Notes: generated by a model not told the origin, from the letters alone. A DNA stretch of 64,000 nt from an uncultured Clostridia bacterium (GCA_944387565.1 CALXFJ010000003.1:7272-71271); one strand, 5' to 3'; positions 1 to 9,098 are shown, counted from the stretch's first letter. Made by a program: numbers and translations.

Positions 1-243
1 ATATTAGGAAAAAGTCCTAAGAAAGTTAGAATAAGAGACTTAAAGTATGCATGGGGAAGCTGTTCAAGTAATAAAAACATATCAATTAATCTAAAATTAG
101 CTCTAAAAGATGAAAGAGCAATAGAATATGTTGTTTTACATGAAATGTGCCATTTAATACATATGAATCATTCAAAAAGTTTTTGGGATTTAGTCGAAAA
201 AAATATGCCTAAATATAAAGAATATAAAAAACTACTTGCTTAA
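1..243 (+). CDS. YgjP/DUF45-type (M48-like) metal-dependent hydrolase, C-terminal part; 5' end outside window
   Basis: Frame 1 is open from base 1 to TAA 241-243. Translation ...AIEYVVLHEMCHLIHMNHSKSFWDLVEKNMPKYKEYKKLLA carries the HEMCHL..H zinc-hydrolase signature typical of COG1451/DUF45. Confidence 0.7.
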   Translation: MLGKSPKKVRIRDLKYAWGSCSSNKNISINLKLALKDERAIEYVVLHEMCHLIHMNHSKSFWDLVEKNMPKYKEYKKLLA

Positions 244-298
244 GAAAATAATTTAGTTTATAATTTCTATGTAGAAAACAAGAAATCGGGAGAAATAT

Positions 299-1219
299 AT
301 GTGGAGAAGAAAGGAATTAAAAGAAAAAGCACGTAAAGTAGTTAAGAAAAATTACTGGACCGCTATTATAGTTTGCTTTTTAATAGCAATTTTAACAGGA
401 GAATTTGGAACATCAATAATATGGAAAACAGATGATTCAATTGACCCTAATTATGCCATAAATCAAGAAAATATAATAGTAGAAAATGAAGTAAATGAAG
501 AAAAAATACAAGAAGCACAAGAAAAGTCACAGGAAATAGAAGAGAAAAAATCTGAATTAAGTGATACGGAATTAAAAATTTGGAATGTAATACAATCAAA
601 TTTTAATAGTTTAGTAAAATCTCAAAAATATATTTTTAAAATTTGGGATGCAATAGAATTATTTAATATTAATCAATTATATTTAGGAATAGGACTTATT
701 TTAACAGCACTTATAGCAGTTGCATATATAATAATATTAGCAGAACCATTAACAGTAGGAGAAAAAAGATATTTTATTAAAGCAAGAGTAGAGGAAGATA
801 CTAAAATAGGAGCTATGGGTGAAATCTTTAAAAAGGGGTCTTGGAAGAATGTTGCAATTACAATGATTTTAAAAGATATTTATAATTTATTATGGTTTTT
901 AACAATCATAGGTGGATTTATTAAAATATATGAATATAAAATGATACCATATATATTAGCAGAAAATCCTAAAATAGAAAGAAAAAAAGTATTTCAATTG
1001 TCAAAAGAAATGATGAAAGGAAATAAATGGAGAGCTTTTATCTTAGATTTATCTTTTATATTTTGGAGTATACTTTCAATTTTTACATTTGGAATACTAA
1101 ATATTCTATATGTAAATCCATATAAAGTAGCAACAAGTACTGAATTATATGTTGCTTTAAAACAAAAAGTGATTGAAGATAAATGTGAGAATTATGAGGA
1201 AATAAAAGAGATTAAATAA
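299..1219 (+). CDS. DUF975-family integral membrane protein
   Basis: 306 aa ORF. The N-terminus KELKEKARKVVKKNYWTAIIVCFLIAIL and several hydrophobic segments fit the DUF975 pattern. A GGGAG-like RBS lies upstream. Confidence 0.6.
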   Translation: MWRRKELKEKARKVVKKNYWTAIIVCFLIAILTGEFGTSIIWKTDDSIDPNYAINQENIIVENEVNEEKIQEAQEKSQEIEEKKSELSDTELKIWNVIQSNFNSLVKSQKYIFKIWDAIELFNINQLYLGIGLILTALIAVAYIIILAEPLTVGEKRYFIKARVEEDTKIGAMGEIFKKGSWKNVAITMILKDIYNLLWFLTIIGGFIKIYEYKMIPYILAENPKIERKKVFQLSKEMMKGNKWRAFILDLSFIFWSILSIFTFGILNILYVNPYKVATSTELYVALKQKVIEDKCENYEEIKEIK

Positions 1220-1374
1220 CACAAAGAAAATAGTAGTAATATAAAAAATTACTACTATTTTAAATTTTAATGAATATATACTATAGTACAAGAATAAAAT
1301 ATATCTATATTAAATATAACACTTTAAAACTGCAAAATCCATCGAAATTTGTAGAATATTGCGATGAAAAGTAC

Positions 1375-1403
1375 TTGAAAATATTGGAAAATAGTGTTAC
1401 TAT
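1375..1403 (+). promoter_or_regulatory. sigma-A-like promoter for the small gene at 1438
   Basis: TTGAAA (1375-1380), 17 nt spacer, TACTAT (1398-1403) preceded by TGt (extended -10). Confidence 0.4.
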
Positions 1404-1437
1404 AAAAAACGTGCGAAACAAAAGAGGAGGGGATAAA

Positions 1438-1755
1438 ATGAAAATATTTGTTGGAGGTAAGTTTATAGAAAAGGAAAAGTTAGAAGAAGCGGGGATTGAC
1501 TATCCAATAAGACTAGAATACTATAAAATTATAAATGAAGATGAACTTATAAGAGAAAATAAAGCAAAATATGGAATAAAGATAGTAAAAACAGAATATT
1601 TAAAAGAAAATAAAAACGTAGAAGATGAAACAATAAAATATTTGTCTAGCAATGAACAAAAAGTAGATGAAATATTAAATATATTAAAAATAAATGAAGT
1701 AACACCTATTTGTGTACAAGATGTTATTTCTGATATATCTAAATGTTCTATATAA
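1438..1755 (+). CDS. small conserved hypothetical protein (105 aa)
   Basis: Strong RBS GAGGAGGGG ends about 5 nt before ATG 1438. The longer ORF-track start at 1270 has no RBS and would run through the promoter-like site. Confidence 0.5.
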   Translation: MKIFVGGKFIEKEKLEEAGIDYPIRLEYYKIINEDELIRENKAKYGIKIVKTEYLKENKNVEDETIKYLSSNEQKVDEILNILKINEVTPICVQDVISDISKCSI

Positions 1756-1772
1756 AAAACAATCTAAAAAAC

Positions 1773-1801
1773 TTGCAAAATGCTCAAATTTGTTCTAGAA
1801 T
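1773..1801 (+). promoter_or_regulatory. sigma-A-like promoter of topA
   Basis: TTGCAA (1773-1778), 17 nt spacer, TAGAAT (1796-1801), about 40 nt upstream of the topA RBS. Confidence 0.5.
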
Positions 1802-1842
1802 AACTTATAATGGATAAAAGGGAAGTTTAATAAGGAGGAATT

Positions 1843-3909
1843 ATGGCAGATAAATTAGTAATAGTAGAGTCACCAGCAAAAGCAAATACAATAAAAAAAT
1901 TCCTAGGTGGTAATACAAAAGTAGTAGCATCTATGGGGCATATAAGAGATTTACCAAAATCAAAACTAGGTGTTGACATAGAACATGATTTTGAACCAGA
2001 ATATATAAATATACGTGGAAAGGGAGATTTAATAAAATCTTTAAAAAAGGAAGCAAAACAAGCTAAGAAAATATATCTTGCAACTGACCCTGACCGTGAA
2101 GGGGAAGCTATTGCATGGCACTTAGCATATATTTTAAAAGATGAAAATAGTAAAATTGTCAGAGTAACATTTAATGAAATAACTAAAAATGCGGTAAAGA
2201 ATGCTATCAAAGAACCAAGAAGTATTGATTATAATTTAGTAGATGCACAACAAGCAAGACGTGTATTAGATAGAATTGTAGGTTATAAAATAAGTCCACT
2301 TTTATGGAATAAAGTAAAAAGGGGCTTGTCAGCAGGTCGTGTACAATCTGTTGCTGTTAAATTAATTGTTGACAGAGAAGAAGAAATAGAAAAATTTATT
2401 CCAGAAGAATATTGGAATATTTATGCAAAACTAGAAGATAAGGAGACTAAAAAAGAATTTGAAGCAAGATTTTTCGGGAAAGATGGTAAGAAGCAAGAAA
2501 TCCATAAAAAAGAAGAAGTAGACGAAATTTTAAGAAATATAGAAAAGTCAAAATACATAGTTAAAGAAGTAAAAAAAGGTGAAAAGAAAAGAAATGCAGC
2601 ACCACCATTTACAACAAGTACAATGCAACAAGAAGCTTCAAGAAAATTGAACTTTACATTAAAGAAAACAATGTCAATTGCCCAAGGATTATATGAAGGT
2701 GTAAAAATACCAGAAAGAGGAACAATTGGTTTAATTACATATATGAGAACAGATTCAACAAGAATTTCAGAAGAAGCAAGAGCTGCCGCAAAAGAACATA
2801 TTATAAAAACATATGGAGAAGAGTATTATGAGAACAGATATTATAAAGCAAATAAAGATTCTCAAGATGCACATGAAGCAATAAGACCTACATATGCAGA
2901 TTTAGAACCAGATTCTATAAAAGATGCATTAACAAATGACCAATATAAGTTATACAAACTGATATATAATAGGTTTATGGCAAGCCAAATGTCATCAGCA
3001 GTATACAATACGATGGCAGTAACAATAGATGCAAATGGTTATACTTTTAAAGCAAATGGACAAAGCATAAAGTTTAAAGGATTTATGGTTCTATATGTAG
3101 AAGGAACAGATACTAAAGAGCAAGAAATAGGAATATTACCTGATTTGAAAGAAAACCAAGAATTAAAAATGAATAAAATAAATCCAAAACAGAGTTTTAC
3201 TGAGCCACCTGCAAGATATACAGAAGCAACATTAGTAAAAGCATTAGAAGAAAAGGGAATAGGAAGACCAAGTACATATTCACCAACTATTACAACTATT
3301 TTAGAAAGAAGATATATAGAAAAAGAACAAAGACAATTAGTTCCAACTGAACTTGGAAAAGTTGTAAATAAGTTATTAACAGATAATTTTAAAGATATTA
3401 TAAATGTAGAATTTACGGCTAAAATAGAAAATGAGTTTGATGAAATAGCAGAAGGAAAAGAGCAATGGAAAAAGATGATAAGAGAATTCTATAGACCTTT
3501 TGAAAAAGAATTGAGTAAAGCAGAAGAGAATCTAGAACATGTAGAAATAAAAGATGAGGTTTCAGATATACCTTGTGAAAAATGTGGAAGAATGATGGTT
3601 TATAAATATGGAAGATATGGTAAATTTTTAGCTTGTCCAGGATATCCAGAATGTAAGAATACTAAACCGATTGTAGAAACAATTGAGGTATCTTGCCCAA
3701 AATGTGGAGCTAAAGTACAAATAAGAAAAACTAAGAGAGGAAGAAAATATTATATTTGTGAAAACAATCCAAAAAGTTGTGATTATATTTCATGGAATAA
3801 ACCAAAGCCAGGAGAAAAATGGAATCCAGAAGAAGCAAAAGAATTTGAAGAGGAAAAAAAAGAAGCAAAACCAAGAGCAAAAAGGAGAAAATCAGCAAAG
3901 AAGAAATAA
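1843..3909 (+). CDS. topA: DNA topoisomerase I
   Basis: 688 aa. Toprim start MADKLVIVESPAKA, active-site region LITYMRTDSTRIS, C-terminal Cys4 zinc ribbons (CEKCGR...CPGYPEC; CPKCGA...C), Lys-rich tail. AGGAGG RBS. Confidence 0.97.
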   Translation: MADKLVIVESPAKANTIKKFLGGNTKVVASMGHIRDLPKSKLGVDIEHDFEPEYINIRGKGDLIKSLKKEAKQAKKIYLATDPDREGEAIAWHLAYILKDENSKIVRVTFNEITKNAVKNAIKEPRSIDYNLVDAQQARRVLDRIVGYKISPLLWNKVKRGLSAGRVQSVAVKLIVDREEEIEKFIPEEYWNIYAKLEDKETKKEFEARFFGKDGKKQEIHKKEEVDEILRNIEKSKYIVKEVKKGEKKRNAAPPFTTSTMQQEASRKLNFTLKKTMSIAQGLYEGVKIPERGTIGLITYMRTDSTRISEEARAAAKEHIIKTYGEEYYENRYYKANKDSQDAHEAIRPTYADLEPDSIKDALTNDQYKLYKLIYNRFMASQMSSAVYNTMAVTIDANGYTFKANGQSIKFKGFMVLYVEGTDTKEQEIGILPDLKENQELKMNKINPKQSFTEPPARYTEATLVKALEEKGIGRPSTYSPTITTILERRYIEKEQRQLVPTELGKVVNKLLTDNFKDIINVEFTAKIENEFDEIAEGKEQWKKMIREFYRPFEKELSKAEENLEHVEIKDEVSDIPCEKCGRMMVYKYGRYGKFLACPGYPECKNTKPIVETIEVSCPKCGAKVQIRKTKRGRKYYICENNPKSCDYISWNKPKPGEKWNPEEAKEFEEEKKEAKPRAKRRKSAKKK

Positions 3910-4009
3910 GGGATTTAGAAAAATACGCCATAGTACTTGACAATATGGCGTATTTTTGGTATTATTTTAAATGCTTAAGCATATTATATAAAAGAATAAC
4001 AAATTTGAT

Positions 4010-4083
4010 GCAGGTATAGTTTAATGGTAAAATAAAACCTTGCCAAGGTTTAGTTGCGGGTTCGATTCCCACTACCTGCTCCA
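4010..4083 (+). tRNA. tRNA-Gly (anticodon GCC)
   Basis: Acceptor stem GCAGGTA/TACCTGC, anticodon arm AAACC-TTGCCAA-GGTTT, T-loop GGTTCGATTCC, encoded CCA end. One C-A mismatch in the T stem. Confidence 0.85.
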
Positions 4084-4088
4084 TATAT

Positions 4089-4162
4089 GGCGAGTTAGCC
4101 AAGCGGTAAGGCACGAGTCTGCAAAACTCTGATGATCGGTTCGACTCCGATACTCGCCTCCA
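4089..4162 (+). tRNA. tRNA-Cys (anticodon GCA)
   Basis: Acceptor stem GGCGAGT/ACTCGCC, anticodon loop CTGCAAA, T arm ATCGG-TTCGACT-CCGAT, encoded CCA end. Confidence 0.85.
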
Positions 4163-4227
4163 ATTTGAATAAGTTTAGACGGTTATGCTAGAGTGTTACA
4201 TAATATCATAGATAACCCAATTTATTG

Positions 4228-4262
4228 AAAATACTGTCTTTGAAAACAGTATTTTATTTTTA
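4228..4262 (+). terminator. rho-independent terminator after the tRNA pair
   Basis: Perfect 10-bp stem AAAATACTGT/ACAGTATTTT (4228-4237 / 4246-4255) followed by a T-rich run. Confidence 0.7.
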
Positions 4263-4328
4263 TATAATAGGAAAGTAAAACAATTTGTTTTAAAACTGCA
4301 CAAAAAATAAAACTTTATCAAAAAGTAC

Positions 4329-4357
4329 TTGCGAAAGTTTGTTTTATATGATATAAA
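4329..4357 (+). promoter_or_regulatory. sigma-A-like promoter of tnpB
   Basis: TTGCGA (4329-4334), 17 nt spacer, TATAAA (4352-4357) with upstream TGa (extended -10). The ORF-track start at 4329 is this -35 hexamer. Confidence 0.5.
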
Positions 4358-4382
4358 TATGAAAGTGAATGGAGGTGAGGAC

Positions 4383-5651
4383 TTGAAACTAACATTTACA
4401 TGTGATTTAAAAATAAAAGAAACACAAGAAAAAATAATAAAAGAGATAAAATGGCATTGTAGTAAAGTATATAATACATTTAATTATGAGGTAAGAGAAG
4501 GAAAAGTAGATGTAAGTAAAATAAAGAAAGTAAATGAAGATAGTAGTAAAATATATAAAAAATATAGAAAAGAAAATTGGCATTCAAAGTACTTACATTC
4601 ACATACACTACAACAAATAATATTAAATTGTATAAGAGACCATAAATCATATTTAGCATTAAAGAAAATGTATGAAGAAGGAAACAAAGACATAAAAGAA
4701 AAACCACAAATGCCAAGATATAAGAACAATGGAAAGATACAAATAACATTTACAAAATATGCAATAAGGACAGAAGGAAGAAGAATAAAACTATCAATAT
4801 CAAAAAAGATGCAAGAGAAATTTAAAGTAAAGAGTTTAAATTTTCTAATACCGAAGAAATTAGAAAAGCTAGTAAATTTAGAAAGCATAAAAATGATAAA
4901 GATAGGAAATATAAGAGATGGAAAATGTAAAATGTATATAATATATGAAAAAGAAGAAAAAAGTAAAGCAGAAGGTTCAAATATAATGGCAATAGATTTA
5001 GGAATGGATAATATAGCAACATGTACAAATAAAGATAATAAAGAAAGTTTAATAATAGCAGGAGAGAATCTAAAGTCAAAAATAGGCTATATAAATAAAG
5101 AAATAGATAGGCTAAAAGGAATACAAATGAAAATGATAGGAAGTAAAAATTATAAAAATACAAAAAAAATAAACAAATTATATGAGCAAAGAAGAAATTA
5201 TAGTAATACATATATGCATAAAGCAAGTAGAATGATAATGAATTATGCAAAAGAGAATGGATGTAGTACAATAGTTATAGGAAATATAAAAAATATAAAA
5301 CAAAACATGAAGAAAAATAAAAGATTTGTAGAAATGCCGTTACAAAATTTAGTAGAAAAAATAGAATATAAAGCAAAACTAGAAGGAATAGAAGTAGAAA
5401 AGATAAGAGAAGAATACACATCAGGAGTAAGTAGTATAGATAAAGAAGAAATAAATAAAGAATACTACAATAAAAGTAGAAGAATAAATAGAGGATTATT
5501 TAAAACAAATAGTGGTAAGATAATAAATGCAGATGTAAATGGAAGTATAAATATTCTAAGAAAATATATAAAAGAAGTCTTTAGTCCAAACCTAGAAATA
5601 GCGATGGATATTGGTCGAGAACAACGACCATTAAAGAAAAGGGTTGCCTAA
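4383..5651 (+). CDS. tnpB: TnpB (IS605 OrfB-type, RuvC-like putative RNA-guided nuclease)
   Basis: N-terminus KLTFTCDLKIKETQEK, RuvC-I AIDLGMDNIATC, EEYTSG motif, RuvC-III NADVNGSINILRKY. TTG 4383 sits 4 nt after GGAGGTGAGGA and downstream of the promoter. The ORF track extends the frame to 4329. Confidence 0.85.
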   Translation: MKLTFTCDLKIKETQEKIIKEIKWHCSKVYNTFNYEVREGKVDVSKIKKVNEDSSKIYKKYRKENWHSKYLHSHTLQQIILNCIRDHKSYLALKKMYEEGNKDIKEKPQMPRYKNNGKIQITFTKYAIRTEGRRIKLSISKKMQEKFKVKSLNFLIPKKLEKLVNLESIKMIKIGNIRDGKCKMYIIYEKEEKSKAEGSNIMAIDLGMDNIATCTNKDNKESLIIAGENLKSKIGYINKEIDRLKGIQMKMIGSKNYKNTKKINKLYEQRRNYSNTYMHKASRMIMNYAKENGCSTIVIGNIKNIKQNMKKNKRFVEMPLQNLVEKIEYKAKLEGIEVEKIREEYTSGVSSIDKEEINKEYYNKSRRINRGLFKTNSGKIINADVNGSINILRKYIKEVFSPNLEIAMDIGREQRPLKKRVA

Positions 5652-5745
5652 GGAATTAGGTGGAAACTTAAAAACAACATCTTTATAAAAATTGCTACTA
5701 ATTAAAAATTAGTAGCAAGGGTGAAAATTTTAATTTTCACATTTG
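5560..5745 (+). ncRNA. candidate TnpB guide-RNA (omega/reRNA) scaffold region overlapping the tnpB 3' end; extent uncertain
   Basis: By analogy with characterised TnpB loci, the RNA spans the tnpB 3' end and the right end. Perfect hairpins: TTGCTACTAAT/ATTAGTAGCAA (5692-5718) and GTGAAAAT/ATTTTCAC (5721-5740). Confidence 0.3.
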
Positions 5746-5872
5746 TTCTATTTAATACATAGTATTATAGAATATCATAGGCGTTGCAATAAAATTGCAG
5801 TAATAATTTTTAAATAAAAATAGCACAAATAGGAGAAAAATTATTGGAATAAAGCAAGAAAATGAAATAACA

Positions 5873-6441
5873 ATGAAAGTAAATTGTGGAATAAGTGAAC
5901 TATGTAAAATTCTAGAAGATAAAGGATTTAAAGTTGTAGATAGATTTACAATGAATGATATATTTATGATACCAAATACTTTAAAAAGTAAGATAAAAGA
6001 ATTAGCTAGTAGAGAGATTCTAAAAGATGCAATACTCATAAGAGATATAGAAAATCAATTTAAAGAAAACAGAAATAAAAAAATTACTTTTAAAAAGAAA
6101 GAATTCAACAAAAGTGGTGATATACTAAGTCAATAATCCATTAACTGTGATATTTTTAATATAGATGAGGTTGTGAACCTTTTTCAAGCAATTCATTACT
6201 TTAAAATAATGAATATTAAGGAAAGTGATATTGTTTATGGAAAAGAAGATTTTGAAAAAGCCATAAAAGATATAGAGAATGGAGACAATTTAATTGAAGT
6301 CGAGACAGTATCAAACAATGACAATATAGATACAATAGGAAAATTAAAAACGCTAATTATAAATTTATAAATTCCTGTTGATACTAGTAATTTTTTTGTA
6401 AAAAAGCAGAAATAGAATTAGATAAAATAATAAAAGGATAG
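5873..6441 (+). pseudogene. decayed CYTH-like (class IV adenylate cyclase / triphosphatase-like) gene
   Basis: ORFs 5873-6136 and 6173-6370 are in the same frame, separated by an in-frame TAA (6134-6136). A second TAA (6368-6370) and a frameshift precede a tail reading KKAEIELDKIIKG. The pattern ...DNLIEVETVS...LIINL*IPVD resembles CYTH C-terminal strands. The family call is tentative. Confidence 0.4.
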
Positions 6442-6506
6442 ATATGTTTATTCAATATAGAAAGCATAAAGGATGATTATTGTTGGCAGCAAAATATAAA
6501 AAATAT

Positions 6507-6535
6507 TTGACAAATACAAAAAAAGATGTTATTAT
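6507..6535 (+). promoter_or_regulatory. near-consensus sigma-A promoter with no ORF downstream
   Basis: TTGACA (6507-6512), 17 nt spacer, TATTAT (6530-6535) preceded by TGt (extended -10). Confidence 0.5.
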
Positions 6536-6542
6536 ATAGTTA

Positions 6543-6624
6543 CGTTAAACAAACAAAACATTCAAAGTTCTGCGAATGTCATTTGTGCTTGTATGTGTAT
6601 CACAACTACACATACTTTTTTATT
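6543..6624 (+). ncRNA. candidate small RNA (about 80 nt) between a consensus promoter and an intrinsic terminator
   Basis: No ORF. The promoter at 6507-6535 is followed about 55 nt later by the terminator hairpin GTATGTGTA/TACACATAC (6591-6615) plus TTTTTTATT. Confidence 0.35.
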
Positions 6625-6628
6625 ATAG

Positions 6629-6662
6629 TAATTATCCCCCGGCTAAGCCGGGGGATAATTAC
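6629..6662. terminator. GC-rich hairpin at the convergent junction (3' of the - strand gene 6663-7493)
   Basis: TAATTATCCCCCGGC-taa-GCCGGGGGATAATTA, a perfect long stem that is unusually GC-rich for this genome. Confidence 0.6.
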
Positions 6663-7493
6663 TTAATTTAATTCTTTGAAAAATTGATAATCAGTACCAG
6701 AAGTATTTTTAGCTCTATAAGTATAACCATCATATATTCCATCTAAACCAATATCAATTTTCATATTATAAGAAAATTTTTGGTCTAAATTATTTACAAT
6801 GTGAATTGTAAAATTCAAAGTAGCGTTAATATCATCAAGATTTACATTAGCTTCTTGTAAAACCTTACCATTAAACGAAATTGATTTTGAACTATCAGAA
6901 ACAGAATAATTTGTTAATAAGTCTTTGTTTAAATATCCCAGTGAAATAGGATTAGAGCAATCTGTGTAAAAAGTAGGTTCATCATAATTATGATTTTCGT
7001 TTTCTTCATTAGTATTAACTATATTAAAATCTATTCTATCATTTTCTGGTTTAGTAATATCTTGGTATTTGCCAAAATTTAAAGGATTTTTATAATTTAA
7101 TAATTTTTGTCCGTTTTCAGATTTAGTAGTCATTGAAATATTATCAATATATAATTCTTTAACAGTATTTTCATCAGTTAAATCAGAAATAGTTTGAGCA
7201 TTATCTAAATAAATAGATATATCTGTATATTGTGAAATTGCTACATTGCTTAAAGACTGATTTTCTGAATTGTCAACAGCATTAGCACTATTGTATAATA
7301 CTATTCTTTGTATACTAAAAATAGGGCTCTTATTTTCTTCTGCAATTTCTTCCATTTGATTTGCATAATTGTTTCTAGAAAAAGCAGTAGAAAACACGAA
7401 ATTATAATAAAGTAATAATACTACAATTGCTAAAATTATTAAAATAACAAAAGCAAGTTTTACATTTTTAATTTTAAAATTAGAAATTTTCAT
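6663..7493 (-). CDS. membrane-anchored extracytoplasmic protein, unknown function
   Basis: 276 aa. N-terminal TM anchor VKLAFVILIILAIVVLLLYY, Asn/Ser/Asp-rich remainder. RBS GGAAGGGAG. Probably co-transcribed with the upstream glucosaminidase gene. Confidence 0.6.
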   Translation of the reverse strand: MKISNFKIKNVKLAFVILIILAIVVLLLYYNFVFSTAFSRNNYANQMEEIAEENKSPIFSIQRIVLYNSANAVDNSENQSLSNVAISQYTDISIYLDNAQTISDLTDENTVKELYIDNISMTTKSENGQKLLNYKNPLNFGKYQDITKPENDRIDFNIVNTNEENENHNYDEPTFYTDCSNPISLGYLNKDLLTNYSVSDSSKSISFNGKVLQEANVNLDDINATLNFTIHIVNNLDQKFSYNMKIDIGLDGIYDGYTYRAKNTSGTDYQFFKELN

Positions 7494-7516
7494 GTTTTCT
7501 CCCTTCCGGTTTTATC

Positions 7517-8926
7517 TTATGAATCTAATCTATTATATAAAAGTTCCATATAATTATATACTTTTTCATGCCATTCATCATCTGATGCGTATCTTGTATT
7601 AACTCCTTCAACTGTTGGACCATTATAATACCAACCAGCAGCAGTTTCACCATCATAAATCTTAGTTCCAGATGGATTTAAGTAATATTTAACTAAAGAT
7701 TTTGCTACTGTATCAATACATTCTTCATAACTAGTAAAATCTAGTGAAGATTCATATGGAGTTTCATCATAAGAACCATATCCAAATAAATTATATTTAT
7801 CCTTAGCAATTTGAGAAGTTCCCCAAGCACTTTCATGAATAGCAATTGATGCTAAGAAAATACCATTAATATTGTATTGTTTGTCTGCATTATAGAATGC
7901 TTGATAATTATTTTGGAAAATCTTATTTGTATCATTTGGTAATCCTGTAAATATTGTTTTATAATCATTTAAAGTTAAACCGCTTGTCCTATTTAATTCC
8001 ATACCAATATTAACTTTAAGTAAAATTCTTTGTATTCTATTCTTTTCAACAATATTTGGTGTAGTATAAGCAGAAGTTAAATTAGAAGTTTTAATATAAC
8101 CTTCAACACCATCAAAAGAAACTTTACACCAATCTTCACTTGGTAATTCTAAAAGTTTTACATCTAAACTCTTTTTAACATCAGCAACAACATTTGCTGT
8201 ATCCTCTGGAGAATCTTTTAATGTATCAGAATTTACAAGATACATAGTATCTCCAATATGTACTTTATGTTTAGCTAAGAATTCAGAAGTACCACGGTCA
8301 ATTATCTTAGGTGTAGGTTCAGTTAATGTCTCTTTTGCAAGAATAGTTTCTTCTACAAATGTTCCATTTTCATATGTCTTAACTACAGTAACTCTATCTT
8401 TACCAAGAACACCTTCTTGATTTATAACTTCTTCTCCCTTTGGAAGAGTTGGATTGTCATTATAATTTGTTTCAAATTCTACATCTCTATCTTCTGTGAC
8501 TTGTTCTTTTACTCTATCCATACCTGCATTTTCAGAAATAATATTTTGCATATTTAATCTGTGTCTATTTAGTTCATAATTTGCAACTTCAGTAGAAGAA
8601 TCAGATTTTGCATAACTTTCTGAAAAAGAAAGGTCTTTTGGAAAAAATAAAGCCATTGAAACTACAAAGATGCTACAACCAATAATTATTTGTGATAATT
8701 TTAAATCATTAGATTCCACTTTTCTCTGAGAACGATTTTTTGAAGCAAAAGCACTAGCTTTTTTTAGTTCTTTATTTTTCTTTTTGCTTTGCTTTTTCAT
8801 TGCCTTTTTGGCTTGCTTATCATATTCTTGCCAAGCATTAGGGCGATTTTGCATAGCTTGAAGCTCTTTAAAAACATCAGACAAATTTCTATTCTCATTA
8901 TTAAAAGAATTTTTATTATCTAACAT
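7517..8926 (-). CDS. cell-wall hydrolase: G5 + SH3b-like + GH73 N-acetylglucosaminidase domains
   Basis: G5-like DRVTVVKTYENGTFVEETILAKETLTEPTPKIIDRGT, SH3-like WCKVSFDGVEGYIKTSNL, GH73 core IFLASIAIHESAWGTSQIAKDKYNLFGYG. Start moved to ATG 8926 (MLDNKNS...), which has an AAGGAGAG RBS. The ORF track starts at 8953. Confidence 0.8.
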   Translation of the reverse strand: MLDNKNSFNNENRNLSDVFKELQAMQNRPNAWQEYDKQAKKAMKKQSKKKNKELKKASAFASKNRSQRKVESNDLKLSQIIIGCSIFVVSMALFFPKDLSFSESYAKSDSSTEVANYELNRHRLNMQNIISENAGMDRVKEQVTEDRDVEFETNYNDNPTLPKGEEVINQEGVLGKDRVTVVKTYENGTFVEETILAKETLTEPTPKIIDRGTSEFLAKHKVHIGDTMYLVNSDTLKDSPEDTANVVADVKKSLDVKLLELPSEDWCKVSFDGVEGYIKTSNLTSAYTTPNIVEKNRIQRILLKVNIGMELNRTSGLTLNDYKTIFTGLPNDTNKIFQNNYQAFYNADKQYNINGIFLASIAIHESAWGTSQIAKDKYNLFGYGSYDETPYESSLDFTSYEECIDTVAKSLVKYYLNPSGTKIYDGETAAGWYYNGPTVEGVNTRYASDDEWHEKVYNYMELLYNRLDS

Positions 8927-9031
8927 AGCTCTACTCTCCTTAAAATAATACATATTTATTATATAATAACAAACGAAATATGTCTACATCTTTTGACAAA
9001 AAATATGTAACTAGAAAAAATTACTAGGAGC

Positions 9032-9059
9032 TTGCAAAATTTGTAAAATAGTATATAAT
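9032..9059 (+). promoter_or_regulatory. sigma-A-like promoter of rnc
   Basis: TTGCAA (9032-9037), 16 nt spacer, TATAAT (9054-9059). Confidence 0.5.
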
Positions 9060-9098
9060 AATATACGTACATAGATTAAATAGAAAGAAGGTGAAAAA

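Larger units (their letters stand above)
4263..5745 (+). mobile_element. tnpB-only IS200/IS605-family (IS1341-like) element; boundaries approximate
   Basis: A single tnpB gene with no Y1 tnpA, placed directly downstream of tRNA genes. Two perfect hairpins lie just 3' of tnpB (5692-5718, 5721-5740), as expected for a structured right end. The ends were not mapped. Confidence 0.5.

Noticed and set aside
1270-1437. Longer version of the small ORF starting at 1270
   Set aside because: There is no RBS. The region contains a promoter-like site, and the internal ATG 1438 has a very strong RBS.
4329-4382. ORF-track N-terminal extension of tnpB (start at 4329)
   Set aside because: The TTG at 4329 is the -35 hexamer of a good promoter. 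A strong GGAGGTGAGGA RBS precedes TTG 4383, which gives the family-typical KLTF... N-terminus.
4480-5271. Antisense ORFs opposite tnpB (4480-4749, 4484-4888, 4822-5271)
   Set aside because: These are Leu/Phe/Tyr-rich shadow ORFs created by the purine-rich AT-biased coding strand. They have no RBS and overlap a well-supported gene. The same reasoning applies to 1827-2210, 3731-3943, 20460-20836, 43496-44285 and similar ORFs.
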